Shown here one piece after another: positions 53,947-62,578 of a DNA stretch of 64,000 nucleotides (the first letter of the stretch is position 1; every line of letters begins with the position of its first letter). Made by a program: the position numbers and the translations under genes. The notes beneath the pieces are model-generated. The model worked only from the letters and a program-made list of their open reading frames with translations, had not been told where the DNA came from and ran no database searches. Source of the DNA: Aquirufa sp. Lineage in GTDB: Bacteria > Bacteroidota > Bacteroidia > Cytophagales > Spirosomataceae. Where the stretch lies: the NCBI RefSeq assembly GCF_044342065.1, contig NZ_JBIIQN010000010.1:3764-67763 (forward strand). The letters are read 5' to 3'.

Positions 53947-55346
53947 TGCGGTATATAGGTGTAATTGTAAGTTTATTGTTTGTGTTTTCTGCTTGGGGAC
54001 AAGTGGATAAGAAGACACAATTGGAGCAACAAAAAAAGGATAATTTGGCGAAGATAAAGGAGTTGAACTCCATTATTTCGCGTACCTCAAAAAAGAAAAA
54101 AGTTTCTATTGGGAAGTTGAATGTACTTAAAGAGCAAATAGTTGTTCAAAAGAAACAAATAAATGTACTAAATGAAAATCAAGAGCTATTGGCTGCGGAG
54201 GCAAGCAAATTAACCCAGGAAAGCGATATTTTAGCGGCGAAGCTGGAACGTTTAAAAAAGAATTATGCACTCATGCTCTATGAGGCGCAAAAAGTATCTA
54301 CCGTTTCAAATAAAATCAGCTTTCTATTACTATCCAAGGATCTAGGGGAGTTTACTCGTCGATTTGATTACTTAAGGCAATTTACGTCAAATCGTAAGGA
54401 TCAAGCACAAAAGATTTTTCAAACGCGTCAAGATTTGATGACCCAAAAACAAAAAGTAGAGTTTAAAAAGAACGAGGAAAAAAAGGTAATTGTAGAGAAA
54501 GAAAAAGAGAAAGCGACGTTAGAAGTATTGAAGAAAAAGGAGTCGAAAGTCGTTACTGTATTAACGCAACAGGAAACGAAGTTGCGAAAGGAGTTGGAGC
54601 AAAAAAAATTAGCTATTCGAAAATTAGATAATTTGATTGCGGGTATAGTACAGCGGGAGATTCAAAAGTCTTTAGAAAGAGAGCGCAAATTGCGTTTAGC
54701 TGCGCAAGCGCGCAAACTAGAGGCTAGTAAACCTCCAACGCCTAAACCTAAGTTAGAAGAAGGCGTTGTCAAGAAAGATGAAAAGCCGGGCACGGCGATT
54801 ACCAAGGAAGATGTTCGAGTAGATAAGAAAGAAACGGCAAAGCCGAAAAAAGAGGAGGCGACCGCCAGTTCAAAGGCTGAAGAACCTAAGTTGAATTCAT
54901 CTACTTATTATATGAATGCCGAAGAGGCGAAGTTGGCAAGTTCATTTTCTGCCTTGCGGGGAAGAATGCCATTTCCTGTACCATCAGGTTTTATATCGGA
55001 TCATTTTGGTGTACATAAGCATCCTGTGTTGAAGGGAGTAATGGTTAATAATAATGGTGTAGATATTCAGACTTCAGCAGGTTCACCGGTTCATTCGGTG
55101 TATGATGGCGTTGTCGCAACTGTTCAAAATATTCCGGGTATTAACATGGTCGTTGCCATTCAACATGGTGAGTACTTTACTGTATATAGTAAACTAGCTA
55201 ATGTTTCTGTTAGTGCTGGACAAAAGGTAAAAACGGGGCAGCGAATAGGGTCAGTAGCTTCAGATGATGACGGGACATCAGAAATTAATTTTCAGGTTTG
55301 GAAAAATACGGTTCATCAAAATCCGGAAAGCTGGCTGAAGCGTTAG
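53946..55346 (+). CDS. Murein hydrolase activator EnvC family (degenerate M23)
   Basis: Signal peptide; long coiled coil; GRMPFPV, NNGVDI, V.SVYDG.V, YSKL, INFQVWK. Confidence 0.9.
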   Translation: MRYIGVIVSLLFVFSAWGQVDKKTQLEQQKKDNLAKIKELNSIISRTSKKKKVSIGKLNVLKEQIVVQKKQINVLNENQELLAAEASKLTQESDILAAKLERLKKNYALMLYEAQKVSTVSNKISFLLLSKDLGEFTRRFDYLRQFTSNRKDQAQKIFQTRQDLMTQKQKVEFKKNEEKKVIVEKEKEKATLEVLKKKESKVVTVLTQQETKLRKELEQKKLAIRKLDNLIAGIVQREIQKSLERERKLRLAAQARKLEASKPPTPKPKLEEGVVKKDEKPGTAITKEDVRVDKKETAKPKKEEATASSKAEEPKLNSSTYYMNAEEAKLASSFSALRGRMPFPVPSGFISDHFGVHKHPVLKGVMVNNNGVDIQTSAGSPVHSVYDGVVATVQNIPGINMVVAIQHGEYFTVYSKLANVSVSAGQKVKTGQRIGSVASDDDGTSEINFQVWKNTVHQNPESWLKR

Positions 55347-57685
55347 ATTTTATACAGTATACGCAAACTTATATTTCGACCTTGATCATCTGCAAAGTAC
55401 CTGAAGCGATTCAAATAGTCTCGATAGGGGGTGTTAAGCGCATTACTAATGCGTATACCTAGGTCAAATTTCTTGAGACTTAGTCCCCAATTTGCTTGAA
55501 CAAGTTCATATGCTTTGGGTGGAATTGCATAATCGGATCCAGGTTCTACTCGGGTTTGTTCGCTTACTTGAATTAGGCCTACGCTCACATATTGTTTATC
55601 CTTCATCCATCGGTAACTAAGATTGTATTCAAATCGATTGGCTGGAATGTTAACTAAATACGTGAAATTATTGGAAACATCATAGGCATGTACAATGCTT
55701 GTTTTCTGTTGGAATGCGAGTTTTGGCGTGATTTGATAGTTGGCCTGAAAATCAATCCCTTGAAAAATTGCGTTGATTTGTTCGTAAGAAAAACCGGGAA
55801 AGGCACCGCGTACTGTCGTGAAATAAACCGCCTGGCCTTTATTGACCATCGGTCTTAGGTAGATAAAATTTTGAATGTAGTTATGAAAAATGCCGAGTTC
55901 AAGCTGTAGATTCTTGGGCGATAGCAGTGTATTTAGGCTAAAATTATAGGCTGTTTCTCCTTTCAAATTAGGATCTCCAATTTCAAAAGCTGCCGCCCCG
56001 TGGTGCACTCCGTAAGAAAAAAGTTCATTAACGCCGGGCGCACGGAAGGCCCTAGCCAAGATTAAGTGGTTTTCAAATTTTTCTGTCCAATGATATTTCA
56101 ACCCCATGCTACCTGAAAGCCCGATAAACTGGTTACTGCTTTGATTTATAATAGTTGAATAGCTGAATTTCGGCCGATGGACAGTGATGTATTTTTCGTC
56201 GATGCGAAGTCCTACCTCAAATTCATATTTTTCTTTAACTAGACGTTCAATACCAAATAGGCCTACGGTATTTTGGAAATAATTCGGTAAAAGGCTTGAG
56301 GTTAACGTGGGTCGCTTTACCGCTGTACCCGATGTGATATTTTCTTGAATTTGAAAATTTAGCCCAAATTGACCTTTCCATAATTTGCTTGCATTGGACT
56401 CATCCCAGATTATTTCACCATTGAAAGTTCTCAGTAAGAAGCGTAGCGTGTTTATACTTCTTCCAGCGCGCAAAACGTCTAATTCAAACCTTTCATCATT
56501 TTGTAGGGCTAATGTAGTGCGGATGGCACGACCTTTTGAAAATTGAAATTGGGATTTGAATTTACCTAAAGTATGTGTGACATCTTGGTTAGGTCGGCCA
56601 ATTTCCCGACGGAACTGCAAAGGGGTGAATTCAGCAAATGGCCTAGACCTGGCGATTGATTTTTCCAAATCGGCAACATTGCCTATATGGGATCCTGCGT
56701 AAATTCCGATGACAGAATGAAAATGGCTAATAAAAACATCATTTGACCATTTGTTTTTTTTATAGCCGATGGCGGCAGAAAAATTTTCTTCTTTTACTCC
56801 CGTATTGGCAAGGAAATAATCAGCTGTTTGAATATTTCCGCCATTTTTAAGGGTTCCTTGGATTCGCCAGCCCCACCCATTACCATACTTAAATCCACCT
56901 TCTAGGCTTCCCGAAAGTACCCCTTGGCGACCATTGGTAAAGTAGATGGATTGAACTTCCCCTTTGATTCCCGCCGTATCTGGTAATGCGTCCGGCTCCA
57001 TCATGATGATACCAGCAATGGCATCTCCTCCGTAACGTAGTCCGCCAGGACCTTTAATCACTTGTATGTTTTTGGAAACGAACGGATCTATTTCTGGCGC
57101 ATGTTCACTGCCCCATTGCTGGCCCTCTTGCCTTACACCTTGATTTAATATGATTATACGAGCTGAGTGCATACCATGTATGACTGGTTTTGATATGGTG
57201 CTACCTGTTTGTAAACTTTGTACTCCGCTAATGCCTCGCATCATTTCGCCTAAACTTAATCCATCACGTTCTCCACGTTCTTGAGCGCTTAGACTTCCAC
57301 GTAATTGGGCACTTGTTTCCATTTTCTTGCCACTAACAATGACTTCTTGGAGGTGTTCATCGTGACTTTCAAGGCTGAAATTTTCGCTATGTTTAGCCTC
57401 ATCTTGGATAGAAACCGGAATTTCGATTGGGTCAAAACTGCTCATTTGACATACCAAAGTGTAGTTGCCGGGACATAATGCATTAATTCTGAAATATCCT
57501 TTTTTGTCAGCCTGAGCGTATTTATTTGTTCCTTTAATGTATATGTAGGCGCCCGGAATGGACTCCTTAGTCTCTTTTGAGGTAACATTCCCTTCCAATG
57601 TGCACGAGCAATTGTTCGACGATTGTCCCAATACCGGAGGAATCGCGATTGCTAAAAAAAATAACAAAAAAAATATTTGCCGCAT
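55343..57685 (-). CDS. TonB-dependent receptor
   Basis: N-terminal carboxypeptidase-regulatory-like domain; plug KPVIHG, IQVIKGP..LRYG.DAI.G; barrel ending GRNISLRILYKI. Confidence 0.92.
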   Translation of the reverse strand: MRQIFFLLFFLAIAIPPVLGQSSNNCSCTLEGNVTSKETKESIPGAYIYIKGTNKYAQADKKGYFRINALCPGNYTLVCQMSSFDPIEIPVSIQDEAKHSENFSLESHDEHLQEVIVSGKKMETSAQLRGSLSAQERGERDGLSLGEMMRGISGVQSLQTGSTISKPVIHGMHSARIIILNQGVRQEGQQWGSEHAPEIDPFVSKNIQVIKGPGGLRYGGDAIAGIIMMEPDALPDTAGIKGEVQSIYFTNGRQGVLSGSLEGGFKYGNGWGWRIQGTLKNGGNIQTADYFLANTGVKEENFSAAIGYKKNKWSNDVFISHFHSVIGIYAGSHIGNVADLEKSIARSRPFAEFTPLQFRREIGRPNQDVTHTLGKFKSQFQFSKGRAIRTTLALQNDERFELDVLRAGRSINTLRFLLRTFNGEIIWDESNASKLWKGQFGLNFQIQENITSGTAVKRPTLTSSLLPNYFQNTVGLFGIERLVKEKYEFEVGLRIDEKYITVHRPKFSYSTIINQSSNQFIGLSGSMGLKYHWTEKFENHLILARAFRAPGVNELFSYGVHHGAAAFEIGDPNLKGETAYNFSLNTLLSPKNLQLELGIFHNYIQNFIYLRPMVNKGQAVYFTTVRGAFPGFSYEQINAIFQGIDFQANYQITPKLAFQQKTSIVHAYDVSNNFTYLVNIPANRFEYNLSYRWMKDKQYVSVGLIQVSEQTRVEPGSDYAIPPKAYELVQANWGLSLKKFDLGIRISNALNTPYRDYLNRFRYFADDQGRNISLRILYKI

Positions 57686-57814
57686 AAAGAGGGTACAGAC
57701 CTTAAATATAAGCCCAAATCATGGAAAAATGTGGGTTTTATGACAAATTCAGGAATAGCGACGACGAATGGTTTTGACTCGTCGATAAAATTTTGTTTAT
57801 TTTTTTTTGTTTTT

Positions 57815-57864
57815 TGTTAAACAATTATTTGTTTTGTTTAATCTTTTGGTAAATTTGTTAAACA
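57815..57864. promoter_or_regulatory. Operator-like TGTTAAACA pair overlapping the ECF sigma promoter
   Basis: TGTTAAACA at 57815-57823 and 57856-57864; -7 element TAAATTTG at 57850-57857. Confidence 0.5.
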
Positions 57865-57881
57865 CAATTAAATAAAACAAC

Positions 57882-58385
57882 ATGACAGCTTTAGAGTTTT
57901 CATATCAAGTAGGGACTTTTTCTAAGTTTTTAAGACCGTTTGCTCTGCGTTTAACACGCGATGGAGATGATGCCAACGATTTGGTACAAGATACCTTGGT
58001 GAAGGCTTTTACCAATCGGGAAAAATATTCGGATGGAACAAATTTGAAAGCATGGTTATTTACCATTATGAAGAACACGTTCATTACGCAATACCAACGA
58101 ATGGTAAGACGTAATACGTTCATCGATACAACAGATAATTTACACTATATCAATTCATCCGAGTCGGTTCAATTAAATGGGGCTGAGCGTTCATTTATGA
58201 ACGAAGATATTTCATTAGCTATGCGTCATACGGATGAAATGTATCGCATTCCATTCTTGATGTATTTTGAAGGATTTAAATACCATGAGATTGCAGAAGA
58301 ATTAGATCTGCCTATAGGGACTGTGAAAAATAGAATACATATCGCGAGAAAGACCTTGAAGAGTCATTTAAGTATGTATGCCTAA
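57882..58385 (+). CDS. ECF sigma factor of the carotenoid cluster
   Basis: DLVQDTLVKA...NLKAWLFTIMKNTF; GFKYHEIAEELDLPIGTVKNRIHIARK; upstream of crtI. Confidence 0.92.
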   Translation: MTALEFSYQVGTFSKFLRPFALRLTRDGDDANDLVQDTLVKAFTNREKYSDGTNLKAWLFTIMKNTFITQYQRMVRRNTFIDTTDNLHYINSSESVQLNGAERSFMNEDISLAMRHTDEMYRIPFLMYFEGFKYHEIAEELDLPIGTVKNRIHIARKTLKSHLSMYA

Positions 58386-58433
58386 TTCAATCATTTTGAA
58401 ATAATTAGTTTTTTGGTTAACAGAACATGAAGT

Positions 58434-58460
58434 AAAAAGTCAGATTTTATCTGACTTTTT
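58434..58460 (+). terminator. Intrinsic terminator after the ECF sigma
   Basis: aaaaagtcagat-ttt-atctgacttttt followed by ctttt. Confidence 0.7.
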
Positions 58461-58488
58461 CTTTTGCCAAAAGCTTAGCAGTTTTTAT

Positions 58489-58503
58489 TATATTTGTTTA
58501 ACA
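58489..58503 (+). promoter_or_regulatory. crtI promoter -7 element TATATTTG overlapping TGTTTAACA
   Basis: TAnnTTTG ends 6 nt before the ATG; TTTG at 58463-58466 may be the -33 element. Confidence 0.55.
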
Positions 58504-59975
58504 TGGAAAAGAAAAAAGTCATAGTTATAGGTGCTGGTTTCTCAGGTTTGTCCACGGCTACCGAATTAGTGGATAAAGGATATGAGGTTACCATTTTTGA
58601 AAAAAATGAACAAGCAGGGGGGCGCGCTCGCGTATTTAAAGAGAAAGGATTTACGTTTGATATGGGGCCTAGTTGGTATTGGATGCCCGATATTTTTGAA
58701 AATTATTTTGCCCGCTTTGGCAAGAAAGTAGCTGATTACTACACGCTGAAAAGACTGGATCCTTCTTACACCGTGATTTTATCGGATACGGATGTCGTTG
58801 ATATGCCTGCTAATTATGAGCAGTTAAAGTCCCTTTTTGATTCTATCGAACCTGGTGCTGGCCATGCATTAGATCGTTTTTTAGAACAAGCCGCCTACAA
58901 ATATAAAGTTGGCATACAAGAATTTGTATGGAAACCTTCCACCAAAATAACCGAATTCTTAAGTTTACGAATTTTGATAGATGCCCTGAGAATGGATGTT
59001 TTTCAATCGTTTTACAGCCACGTTCGGAAGTATTTTAAATCGCCCACCCTTCTAAAATTGATGGAATTTCCCATTCTATTTTTAGGTGCGATTTCGCAAA
59101 ATACCCCTGCCATGTACAGTTTAATGAATTATGCTGAAATCAAATTAGGTACTTGGTATCCCATGGGTGGCATGCATAACATTGTCAAAGGAATGGTTGC
59201 GCTAGCAGAAGAAAAGGGTGTGAAAATTCAATACCATGCTGAGGTTACCGGTTTTGCCATTGAGGGGGGTAAAGTAAAAGGAGTGAAGACTGCTAATGGC
59301 TTATTTGAAGCTGATGCTGTTGTAGCAAGTGCGGATTATCACCATGTAGAGACCTTGCTGGGGGATTCGCATCGAAATTACGATGAGGCCTATTGGGATA
59401 AACGTGTCATGGCTCCGTCTTCTTTATTGTTTTATTTAGGGGTAAACAAACGTTTGCCGCGCTTAAAACACCATAATCTATTTTTTGATCGTGATTTTAC
59501 TGTTCATTCGCATGAAATTTATACGGAGGCTGCTTGGCCTTCGGATCCTCTTTTTTATGCTTCGGCACCATCGGTAACGGATCCATCTGTGGCACCAGAC
59601 GGATGTGAAAATATCTTTTTATTGATTCCGGTCGCTCCGGATTTGGAGGATACGGAGGAAGTGCGTGAGGTTTATTTTGAACAATTGATGGATCGTTTGG
59701 AAGAATACTGTGGAGTTTCTATTCGGGATTCGATTGTTTATAAACGTTCCTATGCACACAAAGATTTTATGGGGGATTATCATGCCTTTAAAGGGAATGC
59801 CTACGGCTTAGCAAATACACTTATGCAAACAGCAATCTTAAAGCCTAGTTTGAAAAATAAGCAGTTAGCTAATATGTTTTACACGGGCCAACTGACCGTA
59901 CCTGGTCCGGGTGTTCCACCATCGTTGATATCCGGTATTGTGGTGGCCAAGGAAGTAGACCAATTATTGAAATAA
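58503..59975 (+). CDS. crtI: Phytoene desaturase
   Basis: VIGAGFSGL, GGRAR, FTFDMGPSWY, FYTGQLTVPGPGVPPSLISG. Confidence 0.93.
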   Translation: MEKKKVIVIGAGFSGLSTATELVDKGYEVTIFEKNEQAGGRARVFKEKGFTFDMGPSWYWMPDIFENYFARFGKKVADYYTLKRLDPSYTVILSDTDVVDMPANYEQLKSLFDSIEPGAGHALDRFLEQAAYKYKVGIQEFVWKPSTKITEFLSLRILIDALRMDVFQSFYSHVRKYFKSPTLLKLMEFPILFLGAISQNTPAMYSLMNYAEIKLGTWYPMGGMHNIVKGMVALAEEKGVKIQYHAEVTGFAIEGGKVKGVKTANGLFEADAVVASADYHHVETLLGDSHRNYDEAYWDKRVMAPSSLLFYLGVNKRLPRLKHHNLFFDRDFTVHSHEIYTEAAWPSDPLFYASAPSVTDPSVAPDGCENIFLLIPVAPDLEDTEEVREVYFEQLMDRLEEYCGVSIRDSIVYKRSYAHKDFMGDYHAFKGNAYGLANTLMQTAILKPSLKNKQLANMFYTGQLTVPGPGVPPSLISGIVVAKEVDQLLK

Positions 59976-59982
59976 AAGTAGC

Positions 59983-60789
59983 ATGGATTTATATTTACAA
60001 GTTTCATTAGAAGCAAGCAAGCGATTAACACAAGCTTATTCAACCTCCTTTTCTTCGGGAATCAAGACCTTGGACAAAGAGTTTCATGAGGCCATTTATG
60101 CTGTATATGGCTTTGTTCGTTTGGCGGATGAGATTGTAGATACTTTTTATGATAGTGATCAAGCCAATTTATTGGCACGCTTTAGGCAAGATACTTACCT
60201 TGCGATTGAGGAGAAAATAAGTTTGAATCCCATACTTCACTCTTTTCAATGGGCGGTAAATACCTTCCACATGGAGCGTGAATTAATTGACGCATTTTTG
60301 TATTCCATGGAAATGGATTTGACAGATCGAGATTACGATGAGCCTACGTATAAAAAATACATTTATGGTTCAGCTGAGGTGGTTGGTCTGATGTGTTTAC
60401 GTGTTTTTTGTGCTGGAGACCTAGCTGAATATGATCGATTAAAGTCGGATGCCTGTGCCTTAGGTTCTGCTTTTCAAAAAATCAACTTCTTACGCGATGT
60501 AAAATCTGATTTTGAAGATCGGGGGAGAGTTTACTTTCCTGGAATTGATTACGAAAGTTTTACCGAATTACAGAAAAAGGAGATTGAAGCGGATATCCAA
60601 TTGGATTTCGATGCAGGCTTGCGCGGGATTGAAAATCTGCCTCCCAAAGCAAAAAAAGGAGTTTTGTTGGCTTATGAATATTACATCCGGCTATTTGAAA
60701 AAATCAAGCAAGTTCCTGTGGAACGTTTGAAATCAGAGCGTATTCGTGTCCCAGATTGGGAAAAATTGATGATTTATTTGCGCGTTTAA
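59983..60789 (+). CDS. crtB: Phytoene synthase
   Basis: YSTSFS, YGFVRLADEIVD, YIYGSAEVVGLMC, FQKINFLRD. Confidence 0.93.
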   Translation: MDLYLQVSLEASKRLTQAYSTSFSSGIKTLDKEFHEAIYAVYGFVRLADEIVDTFYDSDQANLLARFRQDTYLAIEEKISLNPILHSFQWAVNTFHMERELIDAFLYSMEMDLTDRDYDEPTYKKYIYGSAEVVGLMCLRVFCAGDLAEYDRLKSDACALGSAFQKINFLRDVKSDFEDRGRVYFPGIDYESFTELQKKEIEADIQLDFDAGLRGIENLPPKAKKGVLLAYEYYIRLFEKIKQVPVERLKSERIRVPDWEKLMIYLRV

Positions 60790-60790
60790 C

Positions 60791-61513
60791 ATGGAATTTT
60801 GGCTGCTACTTGTCTTGCTTGGCATCATGGCGTTTTTATATGCTTCAGTAGGTCATGGCGGTGCATCAGGTTACTTTGCCGCGTTAGCTTTATTCAGCGT
60901 TGCTCCCCTAGTAATGAAACAAACGGCATTGTTGCTGAATCTAGGTGTTTCGTTGATGGCGTTTGGAGCATATTACCAACAAGGATATTTTAGGTGGCGT
61001 TTGTTTTGGCCCTTTGCACTTGGGTCTATCCCGGCTGCTTTTTTAGGGGCAAGAATCCCATTAAGTGATTCACTGTATAAACAAGTTTTAGGTTTGTGCT
61101 TACTGATTGCCGTGTTGCGGATGCTCGCTACTTTACGGGAAAATCTGGTTAAACCACTTCCTTTGTGGGCCGGTTTGGTGGCTGGGACTTCTATTGGCTT
61201 GCTTTCTGGTATGATCGGAATCGGTGGTGGGATTATTTTAAGTCCTGTATTGTTATTGTTCCGCTGGGCCAATTTAAAGGAGGCCGCTGCTGTGTCTGCA
61301 CTCTTCATTTTTGTAAATTCGTTAGCGGGATTGGCTGGTTTGAAAACCTGGATACCGTTGGATAAATCTTCAATGATTTATTGGCTTCTTGCATCTTTGA
61401 TGGGAGGTTTTTTGGGGGCTCGCTGGGGAGCGAGGTTTGCTTCCAATACCAAAGTCAAGTGGGTGCTAGCAATAGTTCTTATAATTGCATCGTTTAAATT
61501 GTGGTTCGTCTAA
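60791..61513 (+). CDS. Sulfite exporter TauE/SafE family membrane protein
   Basis: YASVGHGGASGY, GMIGIGGGIILSP, multiple TMs. Confidence 0.9.
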   Translation: MEFWLLLVLLGIMAFLYASVGHGGASGYFAALALFSVAPLVMKQTALLLNLGVSLMAFGAYYQQGYFRWRLFWPFALGSIPAAFLGARIPLSDSLYKQVLGLCLLIAVLRMLATLRENLVKPLPLWAGLVAGTSIGLLSGMIGIGGGIILSPVLLLFRWANLKEAAAVSALFIFVNSLAGLAGLKTWIPLDKSSMIYWLLASLMGGFLGARWGARFASNTKVKWVLAIVLIIASFKLWFV

Positions 61514-61519
61514 TTTAAT

Positions 61520-62437
61520 ATGCTAGAAAACGTAAATCAAGATACTGGATTTGGAGAGCGAAGCTCCGATATGGGTGGCCGTATGGTGAATAAAGATGGA
61601 TCGTTTAACATACGTCGTATTGGTATTCGCATGCATAACCGGGTAAGTAATTATCAGAACATGCTGACGATGCCGAGATGGCGATTCTTGACCGTAATTT
61701 TTCTTGTGTATTTACTTATTAATTGTATTTTTACTGCGCTTTATTGGTTTACAGGGACGGACGGCTTGCAAGGAATTTCGCATCAAGATGATACTTGGGG
61801 ACAATTGAAAGAGTTATTCTTTTTTTCAACACAAACGTTAACGACCGTCGGCTATGGGCGTGTAAACCCGGTCAGCGAGATGGCTAATTGGATCGCAGCC
61901 ATAGAGTCGTTGGTGGGTTTCCTTTCTTTAGCTATCGCTACAGGACTTTTGTATGGACGTTTTTCTCGTCCGCGGGCGTTCATTCGTTTTTCAAATCTGA
62001 TTGTGTACACGAGTTACAAAGGTGGAAAGGCCTTGATGTTTCGATTAGTATGTTACAAGGACGATCACTTATTAATGAATGCTGAAATTAATGTCAATGT
62101 CCGCATTTTGACCCCGGACAATACGTATCGTTTTTATAATCTGCGTCTAGAACGAAGCCGAGTAGACAGTTTGGTGTTAAATTGGACTGTTGTTCATCCC
62201 ATTGATGAGGATAGTCCCTTTTATGGATTATCTCAAAAAGAGATTGTAACCTTGCAGCCTGAAATCGCTGCTCATTTGACAGGTTTTGATGAGGTGTACT
62301 CTTCTACTGTTATCGCGCGTGTTTCGTATGCAATTCAGGATTTTAAATTTGGGTTCAAGTTTTTACCCATGTATTTCAGTAAATCGAGACGAACAGATTT
62401 AGATTTATCAAAATTGAATTTGATTGATCAGGAATAA
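61520..62437 (+). CDS. Inward-rectifier potassium channel (KirBac-like)
   Basis: FFFSTQTLTTVGYG selectivity filter; RFSRP and FS..IV cytoplasmic domain. Confidence 0.92.
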   Translation: MLENVNQDTGFGERSSDMGGRMVNKDGSFNIRRIGIRMHNRVSNYQNMLTMPRWRFLTVIFLVYLLINCIFTALYWFTGTDGLQGISHQDDTWGQLKELFFFSTQTLTTVGYGRVNPVSEMANWIAAIESLVGFLSLAIATGLLYGRFSRPRAFIRFSNLIVYTSYKGGKALMFRLVCYKDDHLLMNAEINVNVRILTPDNTYRFYNLRLERSRVDSLVLNWTVVHPIDEDSPFYGLSQKEIVTLQPEIAAHLTGFDEVYSSTVIARVSYAIQDFKFGFKFLPMYFSKSRRTDLDLSKLNLIDQE

Positions 62438-62438
62438 A

Positions 62439-62469
62439 AAAATCTCGAATATGAGGTATTCGAGATTTT
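62439..62469. terminator. Intrinsic terminator
   Basis: aaaatctcgaata-tgagg-tattcgagatttt. Confidence 0.75.
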
Positions 62470-62536
62470 ATAAGTTCTCTGGAGCAGATTATCAGTATTT
62501 TCTTAGGTGAAATGCATCTAAAAACTGATTTTTGCT

Positions 62537-62570
62537 AACGCTGCCGGGGTCTTCAGACCCCGGCAGCGTT
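62537..62570. repeat. GC-rich perfect palindrome (REP-like) after the M1 peptidase stop
   Basis: aacgctgccggggtc-ttca-gaccccggcagcgtt, 15-bp stem with no U-tract. Confidence 0.55.
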
Positions 62571-62578
62571 TACCCCAA

